This document shows, piece by piece, positions 1-11,119 of a stretch of 64,000 nt of DNA; position 1 is the first letter of the stretch, and each line of letters starts with the position of its first letter. The position numbers and the translations under genes are program-made. Under the pieces are notes generated by a model. The model made no database searches, was not told the origin of the DNA, and worked only from the letters and a program-made list of their open reading frames with translations. This DNA comes from Cycas panzhihuaensis (Eukaryota > Plantae > Cycadophyta). Where the stretch lies: positions 149,985,741 through 150,049,740 of the forward strand of contig CM041465.1 in the NCBI GenBank assembly GCA_023213395.1. The letters run 5' to 3'.

Positions 1-5
1 TCTTA

Positions 6-470
6 TTGCTCTCATCACCTATTGACTGCTTAGATTTTGTGTCACCTATGTCCATCTACATCTTTACCGATGGTAGAAGCCGCGGTAATCCTGGACCTTC
101 TACCGCTGCGTGGATTCTCCACAGCCCTTCTGGACATGATCTCCTTCGCTCTGGGATCTTCCTCCCAGAGGCTACCAATAACGAAGCCAAATATATAGCT
201 GTTATTGAAGCCCTTATTGATGCCCTTCGTTTCCATCATGGATCCATTATTTTGCTTTGCGACTCTCAAGTTGTGGTGTCTCATCTCACCCAGGTTTACC
301 AGGTGCGATGCCCTCACTTGAGGACTCTTGCTTCTGCTGCCAGATCCCTCCTGGCCTACTTTTCTTCTGTTGATACCCAGTAAATCCTTCGGGCCCTCAA
401 TGCTGAGGCAGATAGTCTCGTTCGCCTCATCCTTGAGCGCCGCCTTTCGCTCCTTACTGACCATCCTTGA
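6..470 (+). pseudogene. RNase HI (aRH, archaeal/cellular-type) domain of element A with an internal stop at 381-383
   Basis: Motifs IFTDGRSRGNPG, TNNEAKY and CDSQVVV. The frame continues past TAA as ILRALNAEADSL...DHP*, matching HIPRHLNGEADSL...DHP* in the copy at 63719-63940. Confidence 0.9.
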
Positions 471-1047
471 GGCTTGCCTGGCCTTCCTATCACCCAAGCC
501 CTAGGTCGTTTGTCACTTTGCTTTGCGATCCGTTCACACCTCTGAAACCAGGCTACTAATGAGGTAAAACTATGGTGCCCACTCCTTGCTTACTCTTTGC
601 TTGACTATGCATGTTCCTTTGCATCCTTTGCCCCCCTGTCTCATTTTCTCCAATCGGTTCCCAGGTGGCTCATAGGCAGCCCCTATGATGTCTCCACCAC
701 CGCTTTCGTATCCATGCGTTCCACCACGACACTCGCCTGCACCCTTGCCTATTGTTATCATCTTGATTGATATATCTATATACGCATGTGCTACTGACAG
801 TTGTGTTGCCAGCATTCGCCATCGCACGAGCCCGAGCGGCGAGGCTCACGCTATAAGCGGTGTTCCGGCCGGGAATGGATATGGAATCACCGACTCAGGT
901 AAGTGCAGTTATGTTTCTCGCATTATCATCGCTTTCTTTTATTGGGTGTTTGCTTGTGTATCTGCATGTGTGTGACTTCGTGGGCGACTTTGTCATCGTC
1001 CACACTTATTTTAGCCTATGACGACTATAGCAGGGGCACACTCCCAG

Positions 1048-3455
1048 TGAGTGTGGCACCCTGGTGACCACATTACTTCCCACATCTGCCCTCCTCGCTC
1101 CAGGATCCACTAGGTTTGCGCCACCTCCGCCCGTGTGATGACCCGTCATCGTTTGGTCAACTTGCCACCCTGGTTGGGCCCTATTTTTGCTCCTTTGGAC
1201 CCGTTTTGTTGGCTTGTTTACTCCTGGGTGGGTGTTCTAGCTATCTATTAGTCCTTTTAGTCATCTGCCCCCAGCCTAAACTGGCTAGTGGGCCCCATTT
1301 TTGGCCCTAGGTGTGTACCGCCAGAATTTTTCAGATCACTTAATATCCGCAGATCTTGTGGAATTTGCATTTGACGACCGTCTGCATTATTTTTTAAAAT
1401 CTACCATGGCAATTTCACATTTATTGTGAAACTGCCACGTGGCTCACACCTTAATGATCTCCCAGCTGCGCCCTAATCGCTCGCTTTAGGGTTTGGTCTA
1501 AGTATTTAAGCCATTTTTGGCTCATTTTCAAGTATTCTTTTTCTCACTTTTGGATTTGCTCTCAAGGAAACATCATCTTGCTCTGCTCTTCCCTGCTATT
1601 CTACTGCTGCTACTAGACTTGCGTCCCTCCTACAGTGCCCTGCTCTCCTTTGGTGTGGCTTGGACATTCTTCCAGCCCCTCATACACCTTGGAGAGGGCC
1701 CCTTGGAGTGGCTCCAGTAGATTCTTTGCCCAAGCAGCCCCCGAGTGCTTTAAGTGCAGGAGTTTCCTTCCCAACCTCCATAGCAGGGTCCCAAACCTAC
1801 TATACTTTAGATTTGGGCTGATTTCTCAGCCCCTCTTTGCTGCTCTTTGGCTGAGGCAAGTCCCTTGCCTACCTCACTTAGGTACTTATTGCTTTACATG
1901 TTTTCTTCTTGCGATATTCATGCTCTATGCTGCTTGTTCCTTGCTCGCTTACGTGAGTTTGGTTCTTGTCCCTTTAGTGGGCTGTTCTCCCACTCTTTTT
2001 GTGCTTCTTGGCTACGTTTGCTGTCCAAGGCAGCGGCGTTGAGGGGTACCATAGGTTTTGGAGAGGAGCTGGGTGGATTCCGTACCACCTTCCACGCTCC
2101 CTAAGCGGCTCTAAGCCCTCCAAAGCCTCTCTCTCACCCCGTGTTACCCTTGGCTTGCAAACAAGGGTTTGTAGGCCCTCTTTTGGCCACCCAAACCAGC
2201 GCTGTCACAAGTTGCAGCGCTGATTTGGGGCCTTTTGTTCAGGTTTGGGCAACACCCATAAGTCCCAGCCGCTAGTCTTTGCCTCGCTTTCTTCCCGGCC
2301 ACCCAGCTTGCTCCTCATAGCATCCCGGTTCACCGTGGGTTTTCTTAGGCCTCTCTTTGCCCCTTTGCTACCATTTTCTAGCCCTTGCTCTTGGCCTTGT
2401 CTTCACTGCCTTGTGGCTCTTGAGGGGAGGTTAGGGCATCATTTGCGGGAGGTAGGCCACTCCGAGGCTTACCAATCATTTACTTTCGCCTTGGTCACTC
2501 TCTTTTGGGTACTTTTATTGTTGGATTGGCACTAACGCATGCATATTTAGATTCTCATTTATACTATTTAGGCATATACTATTAGAATCTTGTATTGTAT
2601 GTTAGTGTTCTTCCTCTGGGAAGAGAGAGACTGCCATTGCTTGCAGGTATTCGGGCGTGTGGAGGATATTGCCTGTTGGTCCCGTTGCCAGTAAGCACCT
2701 TTGTGTACATTGTATTTTAAGGTTGTTTTCATTTATTAGTTGGTGCTTCCTTTCTTTCTTTGCATCACATTTGATTTTCCAGGGAAGGTAAGGAAGCCCC
2801 CCTTGTCGTCCGCCGCAACATCTCGCATCCAACGCGTCATGTGGAGTAGTTTGGTGCTCCTCGAGAAGGATTTCGTCGCGCACGCCCTTGGCCAAGGTGC
2901 ACGTCTCGCTCCACTTCACTACCTCTTTCTTTCTTTTATTTCTCCTTTAGTAATTAGCACATCGGAAGATAAAAGGGAAAATTTGGTCTTGTGTTTGGTT
3001 GCGTTTTGTTTATTTTGTTGCATACATCTTTACCGTCTATAGGAAAGGTTGTAGGAACCCTCTTCCTTTACCTTTCTCTTTCTCCCCTCAACCACACATG
3101 TTCCTTGCTTCTCGCATCACTTGCGTACCCGGTTAGGTTGTGTAGGTGTACTCTTGACCTATCCCCTTTGGATCTTCTCTTCCCCCCTTCTGGCCACCCA
3201 AGGGTGGGAGGGTCCCGTCTCTAGGTCAGCCCAGGTTTGCCCTACGCATCTTCACCTCTTGCTTGAAGTGGCGAAGGACCACCTGATAGTAGCCATATTC
3301 CATTGCAGGTCCCGAACTCGAGCTCCGACGCACGGGGCGCTCTGCGTGATGGTTACTCACCTCTTAGGTCCCACCTTCAATCATTTCACCACCCTCTCTC
3401 TCCACACCTACTAGTTAGGTAGTTATCCTGTAGACGCGCATCCAGCTTCTTTTCA
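1048..3455 (+). repeat. Putative 3' LTR of element A (~2.4 kb, TGA...TCA)
   Basis: Start (CAG|TGAGTGTGGCACCC) and end (GTAGACGCGCATCCAGC...TTTCA) align with the reverse complement of 63143..60789 (CAG|TGAATGCTACACCC ... GTAGTGAGCGTTTCAGC...TTTCA). A G-rich tract (AGCAGGGGC) lies just upstream. The start could alternatively be 1052. Confidence 0.6.
1434..1509 (+). promoter_or_regulatory. G-box/ABRE palindrome (GCCACGTGGC, 1434-1443) and TATA-like TATTTAA (1503-1509) in the LTR U3
   Basis: Motifs seen directly. AAACTGCC(A/G)CGTGGC is conserved at the equivalent position (~62730-62745, minus) in element K, and a CT-rich leader follows. Confidence 0.5.
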
Positions 3456-6400
3456 AAACCATGTTATGAGGTACTTTACTTAATCCTATAAGCTCATTTG
3501 GTATGGGATCATTTTTCACTCCTTAGATCTTTTATTACTCTTTTGGTTATCCTCTTACTTTGATCTCTTTCTTGTGAGCCTGCATTATTGTGTATACTTG
3601 TTTCATAGTTATTAGATACTTGTGTAATGAGTGAGTAATATAGTTTTAGAGATGTCATGATGATCCTTGTTTGTTTATGAAGTAAAATGACTAGTTAGAG
3701 TGCATTTGATCAGCCCTTTGGTGCCCCATTACTTAAGAGTCTCTCTTTATCATTTTGGCCTGTAAAAATCATATTTTTCCAAACTTTTACCCTCTAACTT
3801 TTATCAAAATTTTCTTGCTCTAATTTTTCATTATTATCCCTCTACTTTTGATTTTGTAAGGGAATTAGTGGGAATTTTGTTTACTTCTTCTTTAAGGAAT
3901 AGGGGTTGCTATTAATTTATTTCTTCTAGGTCATTTGCTTAAGTGAGAATTATTGTGGCTAATCTTTCATGAATTTACTTATGCTATTCTTAATTTTTAA
4001 AGTGTATTTCATTCATTGGCTTATGGTTTATTGTTTATTTCTTGTTAACATTTGTGATTTAGCTTCCAATCAATGGACTCTCCCTTGATTATAATATTGT
4101 TTGGACTAATTTACCTTATATGATCTCAACTAGTTTGATCACTTGTTCTTTGTCTCCCCTCCCCTCTTACATCTTAGCAATATAAGTGGTTTAATTGGCA
4201 TTATGAGCATGATTCTAAGGTGTCCTCCTATAAATATTATATTGATTCAAAACTCATTTATGTATGCCTATTTGTGACCTATGAGTGGGTTATTTATCAA
4301 GTGAAGTCTATTGTAGATTATGGAAGGTTTTTAAACCATATATGGTATAAGGTACCTAGAGCCTATTGGGTATCTAACAAGCCTAAAGCATGTTAGTACC
4401 TATGTCTGAAGAGCATGCTGGTGCTTGATTTATGAAAATCTAGCCAAGAGTGGAGGTGTTGCAATCATTTCAATTCCAATAGAGGTTTGTTGTATGTTTT
4501 TATTCCTTTTTAGGTTATTCATATGTGCATTTTTTTAGAGTATATATAAGTGTTACATGTATATCTAAGAATAGGGATTTATATGTAGACCTAATTACCC
4601 TATTAAAGTTAGTTAAGTGGTGAGGAGTGCCACTCATATTGTGCCCTTTATCATATGATGACAGAGACATGATTGATGAAGGTGGTTGTCAACATGATTT
4701 AGTGTAACAAATGCACTGGCACATGTTTGAAGAATATTAGTTTTGGAGGAAGTATTATAGAGTTTATTAATCATGTACAAACCTATATATAAGAAGTTTA
4801 TAGGTTGGTTGTGTATGTAATTAAGGGTTCACAGGTTTAAGAAAGGATCCTAATAATAGGTTGGAGTGTTTATTATTCAATGTTATTGGTGGATGTATAC
4901 ACCAAGTTAACCATCTATGCTTGATGGTTGAAACTAAATAATAGTTTGTGTTGATGTTGAGTGATTGTATTGGTGATTTTGAGCATTTCTTTTTATTGGT
5001 GTAAGGAAATTACATAATAGAGGATGTGAATCTAGGGTTTCAAAGCCTATTGCGGTGGAAAATTTAAAGTATAATATTTATTAGCTAGTAGTATATTTTT
5101 GTATTTAGAGGTGATCTTTCTCTATTTTCCTAAATATTTTAAGATTATTTTTATGTGTTGGGGTTGTTATTATGTGTGAATTGTAGATCTACAGTTAGTT
5201 TTATAATCAGTAGTAAATTTGTAGAGGGAAAATTATATGTAGGCTTTAGGTGCTTACTATGTATTTGGGTAATTTTGGATCACATTGGGCACCCCCCAAC
5301 AGTCAAAAAATGGTGTTGGGAATGTATTGGAGGATGGAACTCCCTTCTATAGGCTTAGAGTTATCATTTTAGCCCTTTAAGATTGAGTAAACATCATCAA
5401 ATGGTGCACAATGATGAAAATGAGCTCACGCAACTACATGTAAGTTATGAAGTAAACAACCATTGAAAATTTTATGATATTTGATATCCTAATATTTTAA
5501 AATATTAAGAATCATATTAAACTATTTTATAACATGTTTTATGGTCCAAGGAGCCCCTTGGGTAGTCATATGATGTGTTAGTGTGACCGAGAGCTAATGT
5601 TAATATGGCCTTAAATTCTATTTTTTACCTTTTTTGCCATTTTAAAGATTCATACTAAAAAAAATAATAATATCTCCTTCATACAATACTAGAATTTAAT
5701 TTCATTAGTTGTATTAGAAAGATGACTCATATAACTTTGTAATAACTAGTCACGTGATATGCTTTGGACATTTTTTGTGGTAGTTTTAATGGCTTTTTTA
5801 CTTTTGTTTTATAAGTAATTATATGAGTTAAAACTTAGAGCCTATTCCTAGAAAAATGAAGTGTTTTGTCACATATTTTTTCTTGGATAAACATTTGTAT
5901 AGGATTTTTCCATAGTGTAGTGGATGGGGCTATGATATTTTAGCTTAGTTTTCTCTTCGAGATGTAGCTTTAGGCAAGAGAGACTAGAAATAGATAAAAT
6001 AATTGCATGATAAATTTATTTGATAAGAAGATATTGGTGAATCATATATGTGAAGGCCATTCTAGAGGATTGATAGGTACAATAGCTGGTTACCTATATG
6101 TACTAGTAGATCTTTGGGTTTTATGTAAACCCATCACCATAATTGAAGCAATTATATGACAAGGATTAAATATTAAGAGGGCAATATTGAATAAGGATCA
6201 ATCCATGTATTTATTAAATTGATGGTTTCCCTTTTTGATGTGTATTAGGGGTTCATAGTATACATACTTCTTTAGGTATTTGGTTATTAGTTAACTAAGT
6301 GGCTTCCTAATTTATGAGTGGACAACCATAAGGTGGCATGCACGTATAAATATATTTTGTATTTTATAATATAGTTTAGAGATGTTTATTTCCTACAAGT

Positions 6401-7802
6401 ATATTGTGTTATGTGTTTGTACTTATTTATTTATTTATTTACACTTATATAACTTTATAGTCTTTATGTTTTTGATGTTATATATCAAATCATAATGATT
6501 ATTTATATAATTTTAACAACATTTAAGTATAATTAGAGTACGCCATTTTTATTCTTACTTTGAATTTTTTTTAGGGTATACTTTTAATTACTCTTGTTGA
6601 AAAAAAATTGAGTTATATTTATATTTTAAAAAATTAATCTTTTTATATTTTGTAATAAAAGGGATTTAACTAACATCCTCTTTTCATAATATTATCTTAG
6701 TTTTGTATTATAGTTTCTAGCCTTTTTAGGTTTTTGAGATACTTTTTCTTGGACCTAAAGTAATCCGCCCTTAAAGCAAAAAGTTAAAAATCACTAAAGT
6801 AAAAATCAATAAAGATAAAAATCATTAAATATAAAAAACTAAAAAGAATCCCAAAGTATAATCCTTTTTTGCCTTACCCTTATTTCTTGTCATTTTGTTC
6901 AAGCTATTTATGAAATTTACTCGTTTCCCTTATTGCTTAGGTATATGAATATAATTGTGAAGAGGAAAGTCATTTGTAAATGCACTTAAAGATTAGATCT
7001 TCTGATTGCTTATTTCCTTTTGTAAAGTTACATTTTTTATCTTAATTATTTCCTTTACACAACTTACTTTGCATGTTTAGTTAGGGTAGATTTACATTTA
7101 ATTGATATTGTCTATATGAAGCATAATAGTTGCATCTCATTATTACTTGCACTTATTACATATTATGAACCCCAATATAGTAGGAATAACATTCACAAAG
7201 ATTGTCACACTCACACGTATGGAAATGATCATTAGAAAATAGTCACCTCACTATCAGTGTATTATATGAGAGGGGTTGATGAGGTATAAGAAGATAAAGA
7301 CTTTCTCTTTAGGTGAACTTATAAGAAGAACCATAGGGATTTCCTAAGGTTTTAAGCAAGACCCTTAATTAGGATCTATCATTGTTAGCTAAGCACACTT
7401 GGTGATAAGTTGGCATATGAAGTGAGGTATAGTTAGGCACCAATACCCAAGACTTAGACAGAACCCACTTAACATACCAAGGGTATAGAAAAAGTAGTAG
7501 AGATCTTATAAATTTTCTTCTTTCAATTCCTCCCCACTTCTTTATTCCCTTTCTTTGTTTTTGTTCTTCTTCATAACTTCACTTGACTCATCATTATTAT
7601 TCACATAAGTCTCATTATCACCTACCCTTATTTTCTCAAGTCATTCATTGGCCCTTATCTTCATTCAACTATGTATTGAGTCATACCTTGAGTAAGTTGT
7701 TTAGACCTATTATCACACCTTGTTGGGTACCTTTTTGTCCTACACTCCCTCATCTTGTGAGAGGGCTAATTTATTTAGGACCTTCTAAATCCTAAATGAA
7801 CA
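3456..7802 (+). repeat. 5' LTR of element B (5' part displaced by element A; interrupted at ~4229-6518)
   Basis: 3456-3700 matches 48489-48730, ~3715-4228 matches 49997-50505, and 6519-7802 matches ~50510-51791. Confidence 0.85.
4229..6518 (+). mobile_element. ~2.3-kb decayed insertion in the 5' LTR of B, probably an LTR-element remnant with an LTR at ~6185-6518
   Basis: Absent from the 3' LTR. PPT-like AAGAGGGGCAA is followed by TATTG (decayed TGTTG) near 6175-6190, a TATA box lies at ~6346, and the segment ends ...TAACA. No clear partner LTR or TSD. Confidence 0.5.
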
Positions 7803-7805
7803 TTT

Positions 7806-7823
7806 TGGTGACCATACTTAGGA
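7806..7823 (+). other. Primer-binding site of element B, probably tRNA-Arg type
   Basis: TGGTGACCATACTTAGGA 3 bp after the LTR end, interpretable as deaminated TGGCGACCAC..., like Tat/Ogre tRNA-Arg PBSs. Confidence 0.55.
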
Positions 7824-7980
7824 AGTGCCATACTCACTTACCCTTGTAATTGAAGTATTACCTTATCTTATTCTTTTAAGAATCTCTCATTTCTTCCTTA
7901 TTATTTTCCTTTATACGTTAGTTTTACTTCTTATTTAACCATTCATGATAGTGAATAGGAAGAAATCTCTCACTTTTAAG

Positions 7981-10596
7981 ATGACTAGACATTCTATTGG
8001 TGTCCAAGAAATTCTCCCTAGAGTGCATGATTCTATTTCTTTATCTGAGGTTCATAAGATTAGGATCCTTATAGGATTTGATCTAGGGATCATTATGATC
8101 TTTCAATCTCCTCCCCCACCTCCTTATCATTCTCATCCTTCCTTCACTCATCCTAGTAGTACTGCTATTCTACTCATTAGACTTGGCTTATTTTGTTTTG
8201 GAATAACTCCCTCCTAAAGAGTCTTTCCCTCTTTAATGCATACCTTATGTAGACTTAAAACCTTCTCCTTCTTAAGGCATTCATCCACCTTCTAATGACC
8301 CTTTCCTCGAATGCCTTAGGTTAAGTTACCTCACATATGTAAGTAGTTCTCATGTGCCTTTCTAAGAGGATACTACTTCTTATTATCCATCCTCTACCCA
8401 CTTTATTCCACCACTCTTTCAAGATATCATACCTTTATCAGGTGCTAATGTCTTAGACCCTAGAGCTTTCCTTTTATTTAAGGTCCTCATGCCTTTAGAT
8501 ATGTTCCTATACTTTGAGTTTCTAGTTCACTCCAACTACATTATACTTTATATTATAGGGCCTTTATCTCATTTTTAGCCCCTAGCATGGCTAGTCTTAC
8601 CCCTACTTCTCCATCATATTTAATCATTCCACCTTCTATTTCATCTACTTCAATGGCCCCTTTATAAGGGCCTAGTATTTCCACTATCTCTATATGGGGG
8701 AAATTCTTTGCCTAATTACATGGATTAGCCCCTCCACCTTCATCATCTCATATTCTTGCTTCTATACTTGTCCACTCTATTTAGGTTGTATCCATTCTTA
8801 CTAACAAGATACTTTCTACATCATCATAGATATAACCACCTCTTATTGGTATCACCCCTTCTCCTTGGCAATCTATTACCACATCTATTCTTCAACCTAC
8901 TTGGGGAGCTAATTTGTAGCTTAGACAAACTTATGGTCTACTTTTTTCTTCCTATCTAAGAATAGATGGGTACCTCCCTTTTAGAGGTAGTGTTTATATC
9001 TTTTAGGCTTCTTCACAGCCTAATGTGCCCTCTTTTCAAGCACCTTGGTCAACTATAGAAAAAATGTAACCACTGTCATATCCAAATGGTTGTTAAACCT
9101 CTTATGGTAATGCTTCTAATATTATCCAACCCACTCCACATCTTGATTAACCTAACTATGGAGTAAGCCCTTTCACCTCAACCAAGTACTCAACTATCCT
9201 CCTCTTACCTCATGGAAAGGAGGATCTAAATCGACTATAAGATGAACTTCTTTACATAAGAGGTCCTTTTATTTCCCCTCTGACCTTTCATCCCTAAACT
9301 CCTAAAGTTTACTGAAGAGTTAGGGTAAGATCCTATTATCCATGTCCAATCTTTTACACTTTATTGCACTAATTACCTTCCTTATGATCATATTATAATG
9401 TCGATCTTCTATAAGACCCTATTGGGTGATGCCAAAAAAATGGTTTTATAGGTTATTGTATATAACTATTCACTCCTTCCAATAACTTGTTGACTCTTTT
9501 ATCATCTACATTTATACTTTTCAGATGAGATGAGAGCCCTCTTTTTAAGAAAACAAGGGGCATATGAGTCTTTCCATGACTTTATTCATCATTTCGAGGA
9601 CCCCATATATTTTTGCCAATGCCTCTTAGTTGATGATCTACTTTTAAACTTGTTTTTTAATGCTTTAAAGCATCAAATCCACCTTGAGGTCCTTAAACTT
9701 GGTCCAACTATATATGAAATTTCCATTAATAGATGCTTAGCCCTTAAATCCTTTGAGATTTAGGTGGCAAATTAGAAATTGAATAAACCTTCTTACCCTT
9801 CTAAACAAAAGCTTACTTTTAACCATAAAACCATTAAAGGAAATAAGACTTACAACCAACTCACTTCTATCCTTTATTCCCTTGAGTGGTCCATTATGAC
9901 TAAGCTTTTGACTTCTAATCTTGAACCTTCTAAAGACTTTGTCATTTATCATATTGATCAAAAGCTCAACCAAGAGGCTAAGACTTCTTTATCTCCTAAC
10001 AAGATAGGTCCTTAGTGTATATATCACTAAATTAATTCTCATGGCAAATCTAAGTGTAATAAGCTCAAGCAGTTTAGTAGGACATGTGCCCTGTCTAATC
10101 AATAACTGTCTCATCTAAACAAAGACTTGTTGATACATATTAACCTATTCCTTAATCACCATGATAAATGTAATGGGAAGGGTCCCACTAAAGATAAGGG
10201 TATATCTATTAGTTCTAAATCTAATACTAAAGAGGCTTCTTCCTCCACCAAGTCCAGTAGGGATAAAAAAAATAATTGTTATAATCAAAGGCCCCCTTTT
10301 AAGGATGATAAAAAATTTCAAGCCAAGACCATCAACATGGTGGAAATAAATAAACTTTTCTAAGATAAAACCTCATCATTTAAGATAACCAAAGTTATTC
10401 TTAAGATTTCTCTTTGACCTATAGATATAGATCTCTATTGAACCCTCTCAAAGATCATCAAGATGAGGGTTTTTCCATCATAGAGGAGCTTAAGTCTATT
10501 TCTATAAGTACCTATATGTATAACTTGTTTAAGATCAATCCTAAGTAGATGAAACTTTTTCTCAATGCCATTAGTATTAAGAATCACGATGCTACC
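7981..10596 (+). pseudogene. Element B gag (Pro-rich N-terminus, capsid-like core, Cys/His knuckle) and gag-PR linker
   Basis: DPIIHVQSF (~9330), LRKQGAYESFHDFIHHF (9530-9763) and CIYH*INSH...C (~10016). Many stops and frameshifts. Confidence 0.7.
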
Positions 10597-11038
10597 TGTT
10601 GATGATAGGTATCATATGCAATATGAACAAGATTAAATTTAAAGCATAAAATAACAACAAATGAATATTACACATATACATATCATTTGGCAGGTGGAAA
10701 GCCCCTTTTGGGGAAGAAAAACCACCTTTGAATTTAAGTTATTTACTGAGAAGATGAATATAGAACATAAGAACCTTACAAAACTAACAAACCTCCTCCA
10801 TACCAGATAATACCTTTAGACTAGACTTAAGACAACTTCTAGACAACATTTAGACCACCTCCTAGATTCTAGGTGGAGCTTTTTAAGGAGTAACAGGTTC
10901 ATTGGAATGGGAAGTTGTGTATTTCAATGAACTTATATAATGAACAATTATTAAACATAAACCTTATAAAAATGACTTTAGAAACTTAAATATATATTTA
11001 AGACATGTGACAAAAAAGTAACATTAATATTCATTACA
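10597..11038 (-). repeat. 3' LTR of element C
   Basis: TGTT...TACA, highly similar direct repeat of 17355-17785. Confidence 0.95.
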
Positions 11039-11119
11039 TCTCCCTTTAACGTTGACTTTTATACAATATAGAAGATAAAAAAGATCTTTATCATGGTTAT
11101 CCCGCTTTGATGGAGACTT

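Larger units (their letters stand above)
1..3455 (+). mobile_element. Element A: 3' end of a Tat-like Ty3/gypsy LTR retrotransposon (aRH - 3' UTR - LTR), inserted into the 5' LTR of element B
   Basis: RNase HI ORF followed by ~580 bp non-coding DNA and a ~2.4-kb LTR-like unit ending ...TTTTCA at 3455. Colinear with the inverted relative at 60789-64000. At 3456 the sequence switches abruptly to AT-rich DNA matching 48489 onward. The RT/INT and 5' LTR lie outside the window. Confidence 0.7.

Noticed and set aside
6-383. Bacterial or host rnhA gene
   Set aside because: It has an internal stop, a second diverged copy with colinear repeat flanks, and insertion into another element's LTR, so it is TE-borne.
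1116-3414. Many hydrophobic ORFs resembling env or membrane proteins
   Set aside because: They are overlapping frames in CT-rich LTR DNA and are not conserved as protein in the related LTR at 60789-63143.
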